64,000 nucleotides of DNA from Mayamaea pseudoterrestris (lineage: Eukaryota): assembly GCA_027923505.1 (NCBI GenBank), contig BROI01000004.1, forward strand, positions 62,001 through 126,000. The letters run 5' to 3'. The notes under the pieces were generated by a model. The model saw nothing but the letters and a program-made list of their open reading frames with translations. It was not told the origin of the DNA and made no database searches. Positions 31,331-44,303 of this stretch are shown in pieces (within the stretch, counting starts at the first letter, position 1; the number at the start of each line of letters is the position of its first letter). A program made the position numbers and the translations under genes.

Positions 31331-32226
31331 CTACTTGAGCACCTTGGCTTCGTTTCGTAACTTGTCAATAAGCTCGTCAACACTGCCGACAATGATGCCT
31401 TCCTTCCGCGGTGGCGGTTCCATCACCTCCACGACTTCCACCAACGGCGTCAAATCTACACCCAAATCTTCCGCCTTGATCGTTTCCACTGGCTTCTTCT
31501 TTGCCTTCATTATATTAGGAAGCGTTGCGTATCGAGGCTCATTCAAACGCAAGTCGCAAGTGACAACGGCTGGAAATTGCTTGACTTGAATCGTTTCCGT
31601 GCCCGAATCCGTTTCGCGTTCAACTAAAAGACCCTTATCATTGACTTGCAACTTGGCGGCAAAGGTCACCTGCGGCGCATTCAACAGTCCAGCAAGAAAA
31701 GGCCCGGTATGACCGCAATCAGAGTCAATTCCCTGCTTACCAACCAAGATCAAGTCGGATTGTTCCTTTTCGACCAACTTTTGAAAAATGTGCGCCACGG
31801 CAAACGGCTGCAGCTGCATGTAGTCGGTGCGCATGTCCGTCATGACGTGAATGCCTCGGTCGCATCCCATGGCCAGAGCGGTTCGAAGCGTTTCCGTGCA
31901 CTGCTTGGGGCCAATGCTCACGGCAACGACCTCGTCGGCGTGCTTATTTTCCTTGAGGCGAACGGCTTCCTCCACGGCAATCTGGTGATAAGTTGAGAAC
32001 ATACAAAATGAGTGAGATGGTTATGAGCCAACATTTTCAAACAGTCGAGCTATAGAATTGCTGCAAAGCATTCTCTATGTATGTCAAAATTTGCTTCGTT
32101 GCTCTCGCTCACCTCACAGAACGGATTCATTGACTGCTTGACATTGTTGAGCTCAACGGTGCCGCCGGCCACTCGAACCTTGACGGCATAGTCGACGACG
32201 CGCTTGACTCCAACCAGAATCTTCAT
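31331..32226 (-). CDS. ETFB: Electron transfer flavoprotein beta subunit. Exons 32226-32113, 31981-31331
   Basis: MKILVGVKRVVDY, SMNPFCE|IAVEEA, LRTALAMG, DLRLNEPRYATLPNIMKAKKK; intron 32112-31982. Confidence 0.97.
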
Positions 32227-32591
32227 GTGATGATAAATAATTGACAAGAAATTGCAGCTTGCAGTGAAATGGTGTGTAGGAGAGTTACTGCAAGAGTGGA
32301 ATGCAATAACGAATGGAAAAAAGGTGTCGGCATCAAGGGAGGTCGTCGACGCGCCCCGGCGCGGCAGATCTTTCGCGTCGCTCCGGTTCTCAAAGTCTCT
32401 CCGGTTTTAACGTGAAACGTCGCGCGGCAAATCACATCGCGGCGACTTGCCGTACCTATAGCAACAAAACATTCTTTCTGTAAGATTTGAAACTGCTTTA
32501 TATAATTCTTTGAGGTCTATATATACTTGACGGTTTGAGATTCTGTGACGAGTGATAGATCTGATTTTTTACGAGGGAATTTCACTCAACA

Positions 32592-35500
32592 ATGAGCCAT
32601 CGAAGGAACCATCGCGCTGAAACACAAAAGGACTCTGCCCAGAGCGACGTCGAAGAGCCTGATGTCACTAAATTCCCGACAGAGTTTGCTGGCGGTGAAT
32701 CTTTACTCAAGGGATCGCCAGGGTCATCCGTCTCCTTTTCGCAGTCGCCAGGACTTTGGAAGCATCGACAATTTGATGAAAGGCAAGCGCCAAACGACTA
32801 TCCAATTGGCGATAATTACAAGCCTTCAACGAAAAGGCCGCGTGTGAATGCAGCGCCTCCGGAATCGTTGGAACCATTGAGCAAGCTGGACATTTTTCTG
32901 GGGATCCATCCGTCACTCAAGGCGCTCGATGGAAAGAAGCCTGCCGCTAAAGTTAAAACAACAACGACGCATCGAAACGCTGCATCACAAGGACGCTCGC
33001 AGCCGAAAACGCAACTGTTCGCCGAAAAGGGAGAGGGAGATAGTCAGCTAGTAACAGCGGCAGTGAGCACGGCTGTCAATGGCAACGGTCATGAAAAGGC
33101 CGCTCGTAAAGAGACAGAGTCGGCTGCACCATCGGTTCAAAAGGCAGCCCCAAATCCGGGAATTCGAAAGAGGCGAATAGTTGATGAAGAGGATGATGAC
33201 GAATTCTTTGCTAACTTGTTTGGCAAGAAATTGACGGAGGAGCAGGCCGTACCAACGACAAAACGACAGGGAATCAGCAAGAGCGTTCAGGCAGCCTTGG
33301 ACGAGGCCAAGTCACCGCCGCCGACTCCAGCCAAGCGCTCGACCGAAACGTTCTCCGCGCCGTTGCAGCAGCAGCAGCAGTCTGATATGTCGAATGAGCG
33401 AGATGATTTTATGGATGACTCACCTTTACAACAGTCACATGCACATTCGTCACGGCCAAGCTCGCCAATTCCTGCTGCAACAAACCATGCACGCTCAGAG
33501 TCGCCGGCTTCGGAGCGACGTTCCCGCGACTCATCGCCCGAGGACAAGCCACGATACTCTTGGAATTCTCGCAAGACGGCTCGCAATCCACTCACTCAGC
33601 TCAAAGAAGACCGGGAACAAGCCTTGCAACGGAATAGCCAACCGACGAAGCAACCATCGCAAGCAATGGAAGACTCGCTTTGGGACGACTCTGACGAGGA
33701 TGATAAGCCGTCGCCGCCAAAGAAGAAGAACTCGCGAAGCAAGAAGGATACAGTGGCTGACTCACCCAAGGCTCGTGGTCGAGCGAACATTAATGACGAA
33801 TCGCCCCCGGCGAAACCTACCGCAAAACTACATGCAACAACAAGCGGGAAGACGACGACGAAACGACCAGCAGCGGCAGAGACTGATTGCAGTCCAGCAT
33901 CTCCGACGAGCCGAATCAATGTATTGGATGACAAGTACTCGAGCGAAAAGCTCATTCCCGAGTTTGAGGAGCCCAAGTGGTACTTTCCGGAAATTGGCCC
34001 TCTTGCCATTGGGCCAGATGAGTCGAACCGTTTCCATGTACCGGCTTCAATCACTCGCTACCTTGGCGATTATCAGCGAGATGGAGTCGAGTTCATGTGC
34101 AATGCCACAATTGACTATGGCGGAGCGCTATTAGGTAAGTTTACCGTGGTGCATGTGTAATGGCGCTTTGCAGCGTCCTTTTCTGAATAGATTGGCTCTC
34201 TCACTGCTATTAAAGGCGACGATATGGGTTTGGTAAGCGAACACGGACGCATTACGATATTGATAGCGTGCTACGTTCCCGCTTAACATTGTTATTTCTC
34301 CACCTCGTTCAGGGTAAGACCGTTCAGGTCATTGCACTACTGGCTGCGTTGTTGAAAAAGAGGGGAAACGGAGAAGACAGGCTTGAGTTGGATCGTCGTG
34401 TTGAAATTGCCCGGCGTAATCGGCAGCGGATACAAGACGAGAAAGATTTTGCTATTCAAAATGGTCGCTTGCCTCCGCAAGACTATTCGCAACTTGATCT
34501 TGAGGCTGTCAATACGCCAGCGTGGGCACCAATTCTTCTCCTTGTGCCAACAAATATTGTAGATCATTGGAAGAGCGACCTTGATCTTTGGGGACACTTC
34601 GGCGTTGCAATTTATCGTAGTGGTGGTCCGAAGTTGGCGCCGTTAATTGAGTCTATTCAACTGGGCACGAGTGAAATTCTACTTTGCTCTACTTCAATGT
34701 TTACGCAAGCTGCCACTTTAGACGAGCTCAAGCGAGTCGAATGGAAGCTAATTGTCATCGACGAGCTGCACTTCGCAAAGAACAAGAATGTAAGGCTTTC
34801 AATGCACCTTCGCGAGCTGAAAAATGGCCTTCGCGATATTCGAGTTATTGGGCTGAGCGGAACGCCACTCCAAAATGCACAAATTGAGTTGTGGAATGTC
34901 GTTGATTTGGTAATCCAAGGACATCTAGGAAGTGAAAAGGAGTTTGATGTGTTGTATGGGAATCCGATTCGAAAAGGACGGTATGTTGAAACTTGTTGTC
35001 ACGCCACTTACCTTCACGCATGCTCTTAACACTTCTCTTCCTTCTTAGTGCCAAAGACGCCAAGCTTGATGACATAAAACACGCAGAAGAAGCAAAGTAA
35101 GTTAATGCGCGTTGCAATGTGGCCATGGACGCTGAAATCGTCTGACACACGTGTTTGACAGACATGAATTGAACGAAACAAAACTGCAAATGGTCCATTT
35201 ACGCCGCACAAAGGAGCAACAATTGAAGGACGAGCTACCTTCCAAGAATGAACGAGTCGTTTTCTGCTCAATGACAAAGATCCAGAAAGCTATTTATCAA
35301 CATACATTGAGTCAGCCCGACTTTGTCTGTATCAAAAACACGGGCGCACTTTGCGACTGTGGAGTAAATGCGGATTGGTGTGAACGATTTCTTAAACTTA
35401 AGACTAGGGAAGAACAGATTGAGTTCCAGCGACGAAACAAAAGTGCATTAAAAACCAAAGCAGAGTGCTGTTATCGGGCGCCATTCGAAAACGGCATGGG

Positions 35501-37710
35501 CGATGAGGGGGATGCTATCCATCCTAATGCTGTCATATGGTTACATCAGCACCCAAAAGAACACCTCTGTCTCAGATGCCCTTATTGTTGTATCCTTCCC
35601 GCGATGACTATCCTCAGTAAAGTATGTTCCCACGCATCTCTCATTCAAGTCGACCGACACAATGCTTCGGGCAAATCGAAGGAAGATTTCGAATATGCAA
35701 AGGATATGGCTCGGGTGAGTGCACTCCAATGACAAGACGTTTGATGTTAGTTCATGGTCTTATGCTTTTGTGTATTTCAGGTTTTTCTACCAAAAGAAGT
35801 GGTGAATGATCTTCCAGGCAAAGGTATATACCGCGAGTCCGCATCCTCTACTGACGAGTTTACGCTTTCGGGCAAGATGATGGTTCTCCATCGGTTGCTT
35901 ATTAATATTCAAAAGAAAAACGGACGTGTCTTGCTATTTTCAGAATCGACGCAGACTTTGGACCTGATTGAACAGTACATTATGGGACACTATGATTATC
36001 TTCGCATGGACGGGAAAACTCCAAAGGAGCTGCGGACTTCGATTGCAGAGCAGTTTAAGCAAGACATAACCAAATTTGTTCTTCTTTTGTCGAAAAAAGC
36101 CTTCGGAACTGGACTGACCTTGACGGCGGCCAATTATGTGATCCTCTTTGACACCGACTGGAATCCTGCCACTGATAGCCAGGCGTAAGTTGCAGCAACG
36201 AGGGTTATAAGAAAGAGGTTTTTCTAATAAACGCTGATATTCTCTTTGCTGTTCATTCTACACATGGGATACAGGCAAGATCGGGCTTTTCGAATCGTAA
36301 GTACTGTTGCTGCGGTGCTCTGGCGCTTGCCCGCTTGCCTGACACGTTCTGCTCCCTTTTTGCAGGGTCAAAAACAAGATGTCACCGTTTTTCGCATGGT
36401 GACAAAGGGCACCATCGAAGAACTGCGCTATCTGAGGCAAGTGTATAAGATTCAGCTGAAAGACGAAACCATAGCCGATAACGAGAATCCCGATCAAGCC
36501 GGCAAAAAGAAGCGGCTTTTCCGGGGCGTCGCCGGTGACAAGGACCGGAAAGGAGAGCTGTTTGGAGTCGTACGTAAAGTAGTTGCTGCATATCACCTGT
36601 TCCGTCCGTCTGCAATAACGCTGACAATTAGCTCTCGACACTTTCGGTAGGCAAATTTGTTAAAATTCAAAGACGGCTTTTTCCACAACTATGGCAAGGC
36701 TTCGAAAGAGTCGGTGCGCAGTTTCGGCGAAGACGTGCACAATGTTGATGAAGTCTTGGAGGAAATGTCACCCGAAGAAGCCGAGAAACTTGTCGGAGAA
36801 GACGAAGCAATGTCTTCTGAAGCAATTGCAGACATTGCCCAGGATCTTGCGAAAGGTACGTCGCCGATGAGCCTTTTCACTTTCATTCTGCATGCGTGCA
36901 TTCTCACAGTGTCACTTGCTTTTTTGTTTAGGCGGGCACCATGGCAACGTTGATGACGAGTCGGAAGATGAAGACTTGGGCGGCCAGTCGCAACTTAACA
37001 TGGACATTCTGGACAAGATGAAACGAAGCAATGCCGCTAGTGAGGAAGAAGAAGAGCATGATGCTCATGACGTGCTTTCAAAATCAAGCTTTGAAGCCGC
37101 GCAACGACTCCGCGCTTTCAACAATGGTGGTATGAATTCTTCTCCACTTGCAGCAAGCACACCACTGGCACGCGCCTGTCCACAAACTGTGGACTCGTCA
37201 CCGTCCCTTGAAAACGGCACCAAGCCTGCCTTATCAACTCCTGCGGCAATGAATGCCATCGCACTAAACTCTACAACCAATTCTTTGAATAACTCAGCGA
37301 TTGCATCTCGTTGGACGAAAATGACGGGTAACGGCGACGTGTCGTTTCCTCCGGTAATGCCAGCAGTTGCGGTAGTTCCGACTGCAACGATGCCGGCCGC
37401 TGCCGTCACAGCTGATCCTTTGGCTAGACCGGAAAATGAGCAAAGTGCGGCACTATCGAATTCCGCAGATACCACGGCCAGCTCCAAACAGCCGGAGCCA
37501 TTGTCTGCTGCTTTCACCAGCAACGAAAAGGTTGATGACATTGCGCCTCTTCCTCCGCCACCACCAGCGACTAAAACCACAGTACCCATGACGTCCAATC
37601 AAACAGGCAAGTCTATTCGACCTGTGAAAACTACCAAGAAGCTGCGCAACTTTTTCTTTTGCGGGGCCAACCCAGACAGGGGCAAGCAACTTGATGATGA
37701 CGGCGATTGA
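32592..37710 (+). CDS. ERCC6L2: SNF2-family helicase, ERCC6L2/Rad26-like. Exons 32592-34134, 34216-34232, 34313-34980, 35049-35096, 35162-35714, 35781-36184, 36275-36296, 36366-36569, 36651-36855, 36932-37710
   Basis: Nine GT..AG introns give a continuous frame with YQRDG, GDDMGLGKT, DELH, SGTPLQN, RRTK, SGKM, WNP..D.QAQDRAFRIGQ and the subfamily-like RLFRGVAGDKDRKGELFGVANLL. Confidence 0.88.
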
Positions 37711-38047
37711 AAAAAATGGGCATTACATGGGGAAACTCTGTGATAGGCTACAAGCGCTTGACTCACAGTCATTATGGCGGCAGCTCAATTACTAAGAAAA
37801 TACTGTACATAGATCTATACTACGATGAGTTTGTGAAGATGCTTGCAGTGCAAACATGGTGTAAAAGTCCGGCCGCTGGTTCGAGGTAGCTTAACATCTT
37901 ACCGGTACTCGTAAAGAAGATTTTCCGTCGCAGCCACCATGAACTTTCGATCCATCATTAGATCTGTCTTATTTGCGTGCTTTCAATTAATCATTGCGTT
38001 TCGTTCGACTCTCTCTCTCATCTTCATTTAGCAATTGACAATAAAAA

Positions 38048-38580
38048 ATGGCGTTTGGATCATCCAAGCGCCGCAAGGGCAAGCAGGCAACATTTGATGG
38101 TGGAGAGGAAATGGATGCTTCTGCGTCTAATACGAGTTTTGAAAGTGATAAAGGCAACACTATGAATACAGAAATGGGTGCTGGCAGTGGACAAGACAAT
38201 GAAGGGTCCCCCAATGATGGGAATACAAACATCGCGTTAAATAGCACGGCTGCAATCGACGCCAGCACCAACAGTAACCACCACCATCAACCCGCTTACT
38301 CCGACTTGATATTGACCAGCGAGACACGCCGCGGCATCTACGAGTGCGACTACTGTCATTCGGACGTTTCGCAGCTGCCGCGGATTCGCTGCAGCGTCTG
38401 CGTCGACTTTGATTTATGTTTGGACTGCTTTCTGACGACGCGCAACGCCCTCGGCTGCGCCGTGTCGAACCATAGTCCCCGCACGCACGCGTATCGTATC
38501 TGCGACAGTACGCGGTATCCAATCTTTCCGGGAATAGCGGTAGCAGCAGCGAGTAGTAACAATGGTAATAATGCGACAAG

Positions 38581-38625
<45 letters not shown>

Positions 38626-40509
38626 CGCAAGTGGCTCAGCAGCTCCGCCTTCTTCAACGACTGGCATGGATTCGTCATCGGATGATGTTTTGCAGAATGC
38701 TTTAACACCAGCAACAGCTGTTGATTCTTCTCATGACAAGAGCGACATGGAGCAAGACAAGGCGGAAGATGTCACTATCGACGTCAATTATCCAAGCAAA
38801 CAAGAAGGAGCTGCATCACAGCAAACTGCAGCTGCCGTGTCTCAGACAAGTGATAGTAACGAGGGAGTGAATCTTAGTACAGACAATAACAAGGATCCTT
38901 CGGAACCGCCGCCGCAGCAGCCATTTACGCTTCGAACATTGTCTCGTCAATCGTCGAGTGTGACGGACGCGGTGGCGACCGCCATGGGCATGACATCCCT
39001 TCCGACTGCCATCAGCAGTAGCACCAGCAACAATGTCATTGCGGGAGAGTCCTTCGTCGTGACGGATCAAAAGGCCATTTGGACCGTCGAGGAAGACTTG
39101 AGGCTACTGGAAGGGATTCGCAAGCATGGTCTCGGCAATTGGACGGATGTTTCCGAAGCCGTGGCGGGGCAGGGGTCGATGGGAAAGACACCCAAGCGCT
39201 GCATGGAGCGGTACTTGGATGGATATTTGGGACGATACGGATGCATTCTTCCGCCCATGGCGCTGGAAATGGTGACGCCCGAGCAAGAGTCAAAAAACAA
39301 TAGTAATGCAATAGCAGCAATGGAGCAAGACGAATCGACTGAAGAAAAGGAAATGGACGCGGAATTGTCTTTGGAAAATCAGGAGAAGCGAAGCTCAAAG
39401 CGTCGAGCAGCCTTTTTGCGTAGCCCTAGTGGGCTCTCGGGTGCCTTGTCGATGAGCAGCAAACGCAAGTTTCGAACCGTGCCGACAGAGTCGCTTGGTC
39501 AGTTGCATGATTTTTGGAAGAAACCGTACTTGCCGAATGACCAGGTGCAAGTAGGACAAGAGGTCGGCCGGGAGCAAGCGTACAAGGCGGAACAGCTTTA
39601 TGTCAAAACGATTGCCTCGTTGGAGAAAGTGGAGGACGTTGAAAAGGTTCGAAAGGAGTGGGAGGAACGGGTCGGCAAACCAGGAGGTCCAAGCGTGCTA
39701 CCCATGCGCGTCGAAGACTTGGCAACGCTTCCCGGTGCTGAAATACTTGGATTCATGCCGAGGCGTTGCGACTTTGACGTTGAATACGAGAACGACGCAG
39801 AACAAGTCGTGGCTGACATGGAGTTTATTCCTGGCGAACCCGCGGCGGATCGAGAGCTCAAGTTAAAGGTGCTGGCAATCTACAACTCGAAGCTCGATGA
39901 ACGCGAAAAGCGCAAGCGATATATACTCAGCCGCGGTCTTTACAATTATCGTAAAAATCAGATTGAGGAGCAGAAGCTGCCCCGCGATGAACGTGACCTT
40001 CTTCATCGGATGCGGCTCTTTGAACGCTTCCATACACCCGAGGAACACAAGTTGTTCCTTGCCGATTTGTTGAAAGCCAAAAGGCTGCGCAAGGAAATTG
40101 CCAAACTTCAAACGTATCGAAGGCTTGGCATCCGCACATTGGCAGAAGTGGAGCAATACGAGATTTACAAGGCCCGACGTGCCTTTCATGCGTCTGCAGC
40201 TTTGCAAAAGGAAGCTGAAGCTGCAAAGTTATTGGAGAATGGATCAACTGATAATAACGGCAGAGACACAAGTGAGACTGACTCGTATTGGAAGCAGTAT
40301 CGCACGAAGCAGCGCAAGGAACGCTTGAGTCTGACGCGACCTGGAAATAAAAATAATGATAAAGCCAATCAGAATGATGACAGTATGACCAACGATGACA
40401 GCGACGCCATGATGGTGGAGACGGAAGCAGAATCCCAGATTGTCGCGGACGTAATGAAGCTACCGGTACGCGAAGAGCCACAAAATTCAGAGGCTTCGAA
40501 TGCTGCCGC

Positions 40510-40543
<34 letters not shown>

Positions 40544-40810
40544 TCGGAACAGCCTTTATCGGGGCGTTCTGGTGTAGAGCTTTTAAAGCCACGCGAAGTC
40601 GACCTTTGTCGCAAGCTGGAGTTGACGCCGCTGCAGTACCAAGACATTAAGCAAGCGCTGCTCATGGAGTCGCTGGCAAACGGCTTGCTGGATAGCGAAC
40701 CTGCCAATTCCGGCCAACGATCGCTGGTCAACATTGACGTTGAGCGAAGAGGCAAAGTACTTGACTTTATGGTGACTGCTGGCTGGATTTCGTCAAAGAT
40801 TAACGAATAG
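38048..40810 (+). CDS. ADA2: Transcriptional adaptor ADA2 (SAGA complex)
   Basis: ZZ finger (YECDYC..RIRCSVCVDFDLCLDCF), SANT (WTVEEDLRLLEGIRKHGLGNW), GFMPRRCDFDVEYENDAE, and SWIRM ending GWI. Confidence 0.95.
38585..38620 (+). repeat. (GCT)12 coding microsatellite (poly-Ala) in ADA2
   Basis: Perfect trinucleotide run. Confidence 0.95.
40511..40540 (+). repeat. (GCT)10 coding microsatellite (poly-Ala) in ADA2
   Basis: Perfect trinucleotide run. Confidence 0.95.
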
Positions 40811-40881
40811 AAAAGTCACGTTTATATCGCGTCGCACAACATTATCAAAAAGTCACGTTAAAACTACGATATATTCTGCAA

Positions 40882-42003
40882 CTACTTTTTCGTCGCTTCA
40901 TAGGCAGCGCCTTGGTCCAACCTTTCTCGATCCGGCATGTCGGCCGAGTATGATCGCCAGTAGGGAAACGCTCCAGCACGCTTGATCACCTCGTGCGCCC
41001 TTTCAAACGCCTCCAATAGCTCGGGCGAAAGTTTGGCGTCTGGCGCCGCTGCCTTATAACACGCCTGCAAGTTTTCGTCCAGCTGTTTCAGCGAGGATGC
41101 TCCCACTAATACGCCATCGTTGGCCGTTAGTGCCGAATGTTGCAGCAACCACAAATAGGTGGCATCCACCAAGCTGATTTCGTCCTTGTGGCACTGTTTT
41201 TGAATAATGTCGAGAGCCTCAAAATTGGCTGCTGTATAGAAACGCGGCAGGTAGTTTGGATTGTTTCGAAAGCGGCCCTTTAGCACAGTTTCCTCACCAG
41301 ATTGGTGCTTGCCCGTCAGTAACCCCGCCGCCAGCGGATTGTAGGCGACAAAGGCGCAACCGTGTTGGCGCAACAGTGGCATTAGCTCCGTCTCGGCCAT
41401 GCGATTGAGCGGATTGTACAAGCCTTGGTAGACGGTGGGTGGCGTCAAGTGGTGCTCCCGGCATAGTTCAAAGGCTCGCTTCATTTCCAAGTAGTGATAG
41501 TTGCTCATGCCAATGCGCTGAATCGTTCCGTCCTGGACCAGTTCATGGAGGTACTGGAGACTGGACAGCAAATCGTGCTTAGTATCTGGTTGATGCAGGT
41601 AGTACTCCGCAAAGGAATCGACTCGACAAGCCGCCTTGGAAGCTTCTAGTTGCGCCTGGATGCCATTTCGCGAAAGGCCGTTTAATTGACTCGGATGCGC
41701 CTTGGTTCCCAGAGCAACCGAGGCTGCCATATTGTCACTGCGCATGATGCTTCCACATATAGTTTCCGTCTTGCCTCCGGCGTAGATGCGAGCCGTGTCC
41801 ATCCGGGGCAAGTCGTCAGTGCCAAACAAGTCGTGGTTTACCTTGACGAAGCGATCCACCATGTTCTTGGCAATGGCTTCGTCGACATAAGCCGACGTTT
41901 GCGACCAGCCAAAGCTCATGGTCCCCAAGTACAAGCGAGGAATGGAAGCGACGGGGACCTTCATGGTGGTAGTAGTAGTATCTTCTGCGGCGTCCATCGT
42001 CAT
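40882..42003 (-). CDS. Aldo-keto reductase, AKR7 (aflatoxin B1 aldehyde reductase)-like
   Basis: LGTM, DTARIYAGGKTE, TKAHP, YYLHQPD, GMSNY, PTVYQGLYN, YNPLAAGLLTGK. Confidence 0.92.
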   Translation of the reverse strand: MTMDAAEDTTTTTMKVPVASIPRLYLGTMSFGWSQTSAYVDEAIAKNMVDRFVKVNHDLFGTDDLPRMDTARIYAGGKTETICGSIMRSDNMAASVALGTKAHPSQLNGLSRNGIQAQLEASKAACRVDSFAEYYLHQPDTKHDLLSSLQYLHELVQDGTIQRIGMSNYHYLEMKRAFELCREHHLTPPTVYQGLYNPLNRMAETELMPLLRQHGCAFVAYNPLAAGLLTGKHQSGEETVLKGRFRNNPNYLPRFYTAANFEALDIIQKQCHKDEISLVDATYLWLLQHSALTANDGVLVGASSLKQLDENLQACYKAAAPDAKLSPELLEAFERAHEVIKRAGAFPYWRSYSADMPDRERLDQGAAYEATKK

Positions 42004-42168
42004 GGTGAATGGCAGTTGGCAGTGTTGTCACGCCATTGTCACGCTTAAAATCGCAACGGTACTCATGACGACATCAACCTTCTTTTCAAATGCGCTGCAC
42101 GAAGCATTGGAGGGACTCCGACGAATCCATCTCACATCCATCGTCACTCTCGTTGCTCTACTTGGATC

Positions 42169-43140
42169 ATGATTACTTCCTACTTCAAGGCTAAACCAAA
42201 AGAATCTTCCTCGAAGCAAGATGAAACTGTTTCTGGTGGCGTCAAGCGATCAGTAGAGGATGAATGTGATGGCATGCCTTCGACGGTTTCGACGACTCAC
42301 ATGAATGAGGCACACATGAATGCTTCTACTACTTCTGTTCCACCTGCCGCGGGCAAGAAACGGATCAAACAATCACCAGCAGCAACTATTAATGCCTCAC
42401 CAGAAGCATCTGATTCGCTATTTTCTTACGTAACGGAGCCATCATGGCGGGCGGAGCTTGACGCCCACTTTTTAAACAATCCATCCTTGCAAATTTTGTC
42501 AAACTACATTGCCAAGGAACGCCAACAACACATTATTTTTCCACCCGCACACGAAACCTTTACGGCACTAAACCTATGTCCACTACACAAAATCAAGGTT
42601 GTCATTGTCGGACAAGACCCCTACCACGGCTTGCACCAGGCGCATGGCTTAGCCTTTAGCGTCGGCCGCACCGAAAAAATTCCTCCGTCGCTCCGCAACA
42701 TTTACAAGGAACTACTGAGTGACCATCAAATTGACAGCATGCCGCAGCACGGTCACTTGGAGCGCTGGGCCAAGCAGGGCGTCCTGCTGCTGAATGCAAC
42801 GTTGACGGTGCGTAGCGGCATGCCCAATTCCCATGCCAAGGTTGGTTGGCAACTCGTGACGGATCGCATCATTCAACGCGTCGCGTCGCAAGCAAACAAA
42901 CGAGTCGTTTTCATGCTCTGGGGCAAGCCAGCCTACGAAACGACCGTCAAGGCACTGTCGTCGTCGAAACTGCTGCAATCGCAACACGTCATGATTCGCA
43001 CGTCGCATCCGTCGCCGCTGGGTGCCACCAAAACGGATGCGCCATTCATGGGATCCAAATGCTTTCGGCGCTGCAACGAGGCGCTGGTGGAAATGAAGCA
43101 TGATCCCATCGACTGGAACGTAAATGGAGCGTTGCCGTGA
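42169..43140 (+). CDS. UNG: Uracil-DNA glycosylase family 1
   Basis: VIVGQDPYH, PPSLRNIYKEL, GVLLLN, HPSPL; N-terminal PIP-like ITSYF. Confidence 0.97.
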   Translation: MITSYFKAKPKESSSKQDETVSGGVKRSVEDECDGMPSTVSTTHMNEAHMNASTTSVPPAAGKKRIKQSPAATINASPEASDSLFSYVTEPSWRAELDAHFLNNPSLQILSNYIAKERQQHIIFPPAHETFTALNLCPLHKIKVVIVGQDPYHGLHQAHGLAFSVGRTEKIPPSLRNIYKELLSDHQIDSMPQHGHLERWAKQGVLLLNATLTVRSGMPNSHAKVGWQLVTDRIIQRVASQANKRVVFMLWGKPAYETTVKALSSSKLLQSQHVMIRTSHPSPLGATKTDAPFMGSKCFRRCNEALVEMKHDPIDWNVNGALP

Positions 43141-43219
43141 TGGAATGTGTGTTTGAGCCGAGTTCGGCAAGTTGGAGGCGCACCACAGTCGTAGCACTGT
43201 CTATCTCACGCAACAAGTA

Positions 43220-43467
43220 CACAGACATTCTTACTTGAGCTATAAGTTGGCATCCCAAGATAATTCATTGACTACTATTTCAGGCGTGCATGTAAAAAAG
43301 TTATGTAATGTCGCCTCTATGACTACGCTTTAAAACGGCGAATGTAAAATGCAGTTTGCTCACCGCCGGCTTGCCAAATAAATCACAGACATTCCTACTT
43401 GAGCTATTGCTATCCAAGGTAAATCATTGCCTACGATTGCAGGCTTTTTTGTATAAAAAGTTATTGT
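43220..43467. repeat. Imperfect ~85-bp direct duplication between the convergent UNG and LHC 3' ends
   Basis: 43220-43306 and 43384-43467 share CACAGACATTCYTACTTGAGCTAT..ATCC..TCATTG.CTAC.ATT.CAGGC..TGTA.AAAA..GTTAT. Confidence 0.85.
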
Positions 43468-43498
43468 GCTTTTACTTTTTTCAATGACTACATACTCT

Positions 43499-44303
43499 TT
43501 AGAAGGCCGGATGGAAGAAGAATGCCGTCTGCTCGATCACTGGCTTGCCATATAATGCTTCTTGCACTGCAAAGCCTAGTATACCCATCATGGCCAATCT
43601 TCCATTCTTAATTTCTTTGGTCTGCAGATCGACAATGCTCTTGTTGTCTTTGGGCAGCAAGCTCGAGAGACCGCAGTCGCCAATAATGTAGGACTTGCCC
43701 TTGGTTTCGCGCATGGTGGCACCTTCCAGCTCCACGATACCAGCCAACAAAACGCAGGCAATCCAGTAGACAACGTCAATGCGATCCAATCCGCCGTTCA
43801 GCACCGACGGTGACTCGCCGCTCTTGGTGAGAAGCGTCGGCAGACCAGCAGCGTCGGCAATGGGCTTGTCGAAGAGTTCGGCCAGTGGCCAGCCAATGGC
43901 GGCAAGCATGGCGAGGCGAGAATGCTTTACCTCTGCTTCGCGCATGTACATGAGACTAGCCTTGTCGCTTCCGGCGAAACCAAATGGACTGTAAGGCGAG
44001 GAGATGAGAAGAGATGCATGTGAGTCGACGACGAAGCCATCACACAAACGACGCGACAAAACTATCCACACATCAAAACACTCACTCGAAACCAACATCT
44101 GCTGGTAGACTTCCATCAAGAAGCTTGGGGCGAGGAGCAAACGGAAGCGCCTTGGACATTTCCGTATTCTTTCCACCCTTGCCGTCGTCGGCGTTCCAAA
44201 GATCATTGGCAAGCTGTGACGTGGACTTGATGTTTGGCTTTTGCGGGGCAAAGGCCGAAGCAGAGACTGCCAGTATGCAAGAGAGAGCAAGAGAACGCTT
44301 CAT
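43499..44303 (-). CDS. Light-harvesting complex protein, probably Lhcz clade. Exons 44303-44086, 43988-43499
   Basis: ASA-FAP plastid motif; GFD|PFG across intron 44085-43989; REAEVKHSRLAM, PSVLNGGL, EIKNGRLAM. Confidence 0.93.

Noticed and set aside
32592..37710. Fragmented helicase ORFs as a pseudogene
   Set aside because: All breaks are explained by canonical GT..AG introns that restore the frame and motifs.
38160..38714. Poly-Gln ORF on the minus strand
   Set aside because: Reverse reading of the ADA2 (GCT)n tract.
40811..40860. 12-bp direct repeat AAAAGTCACGTT
   Set aside because: Too short to interpret; probably local slippage.
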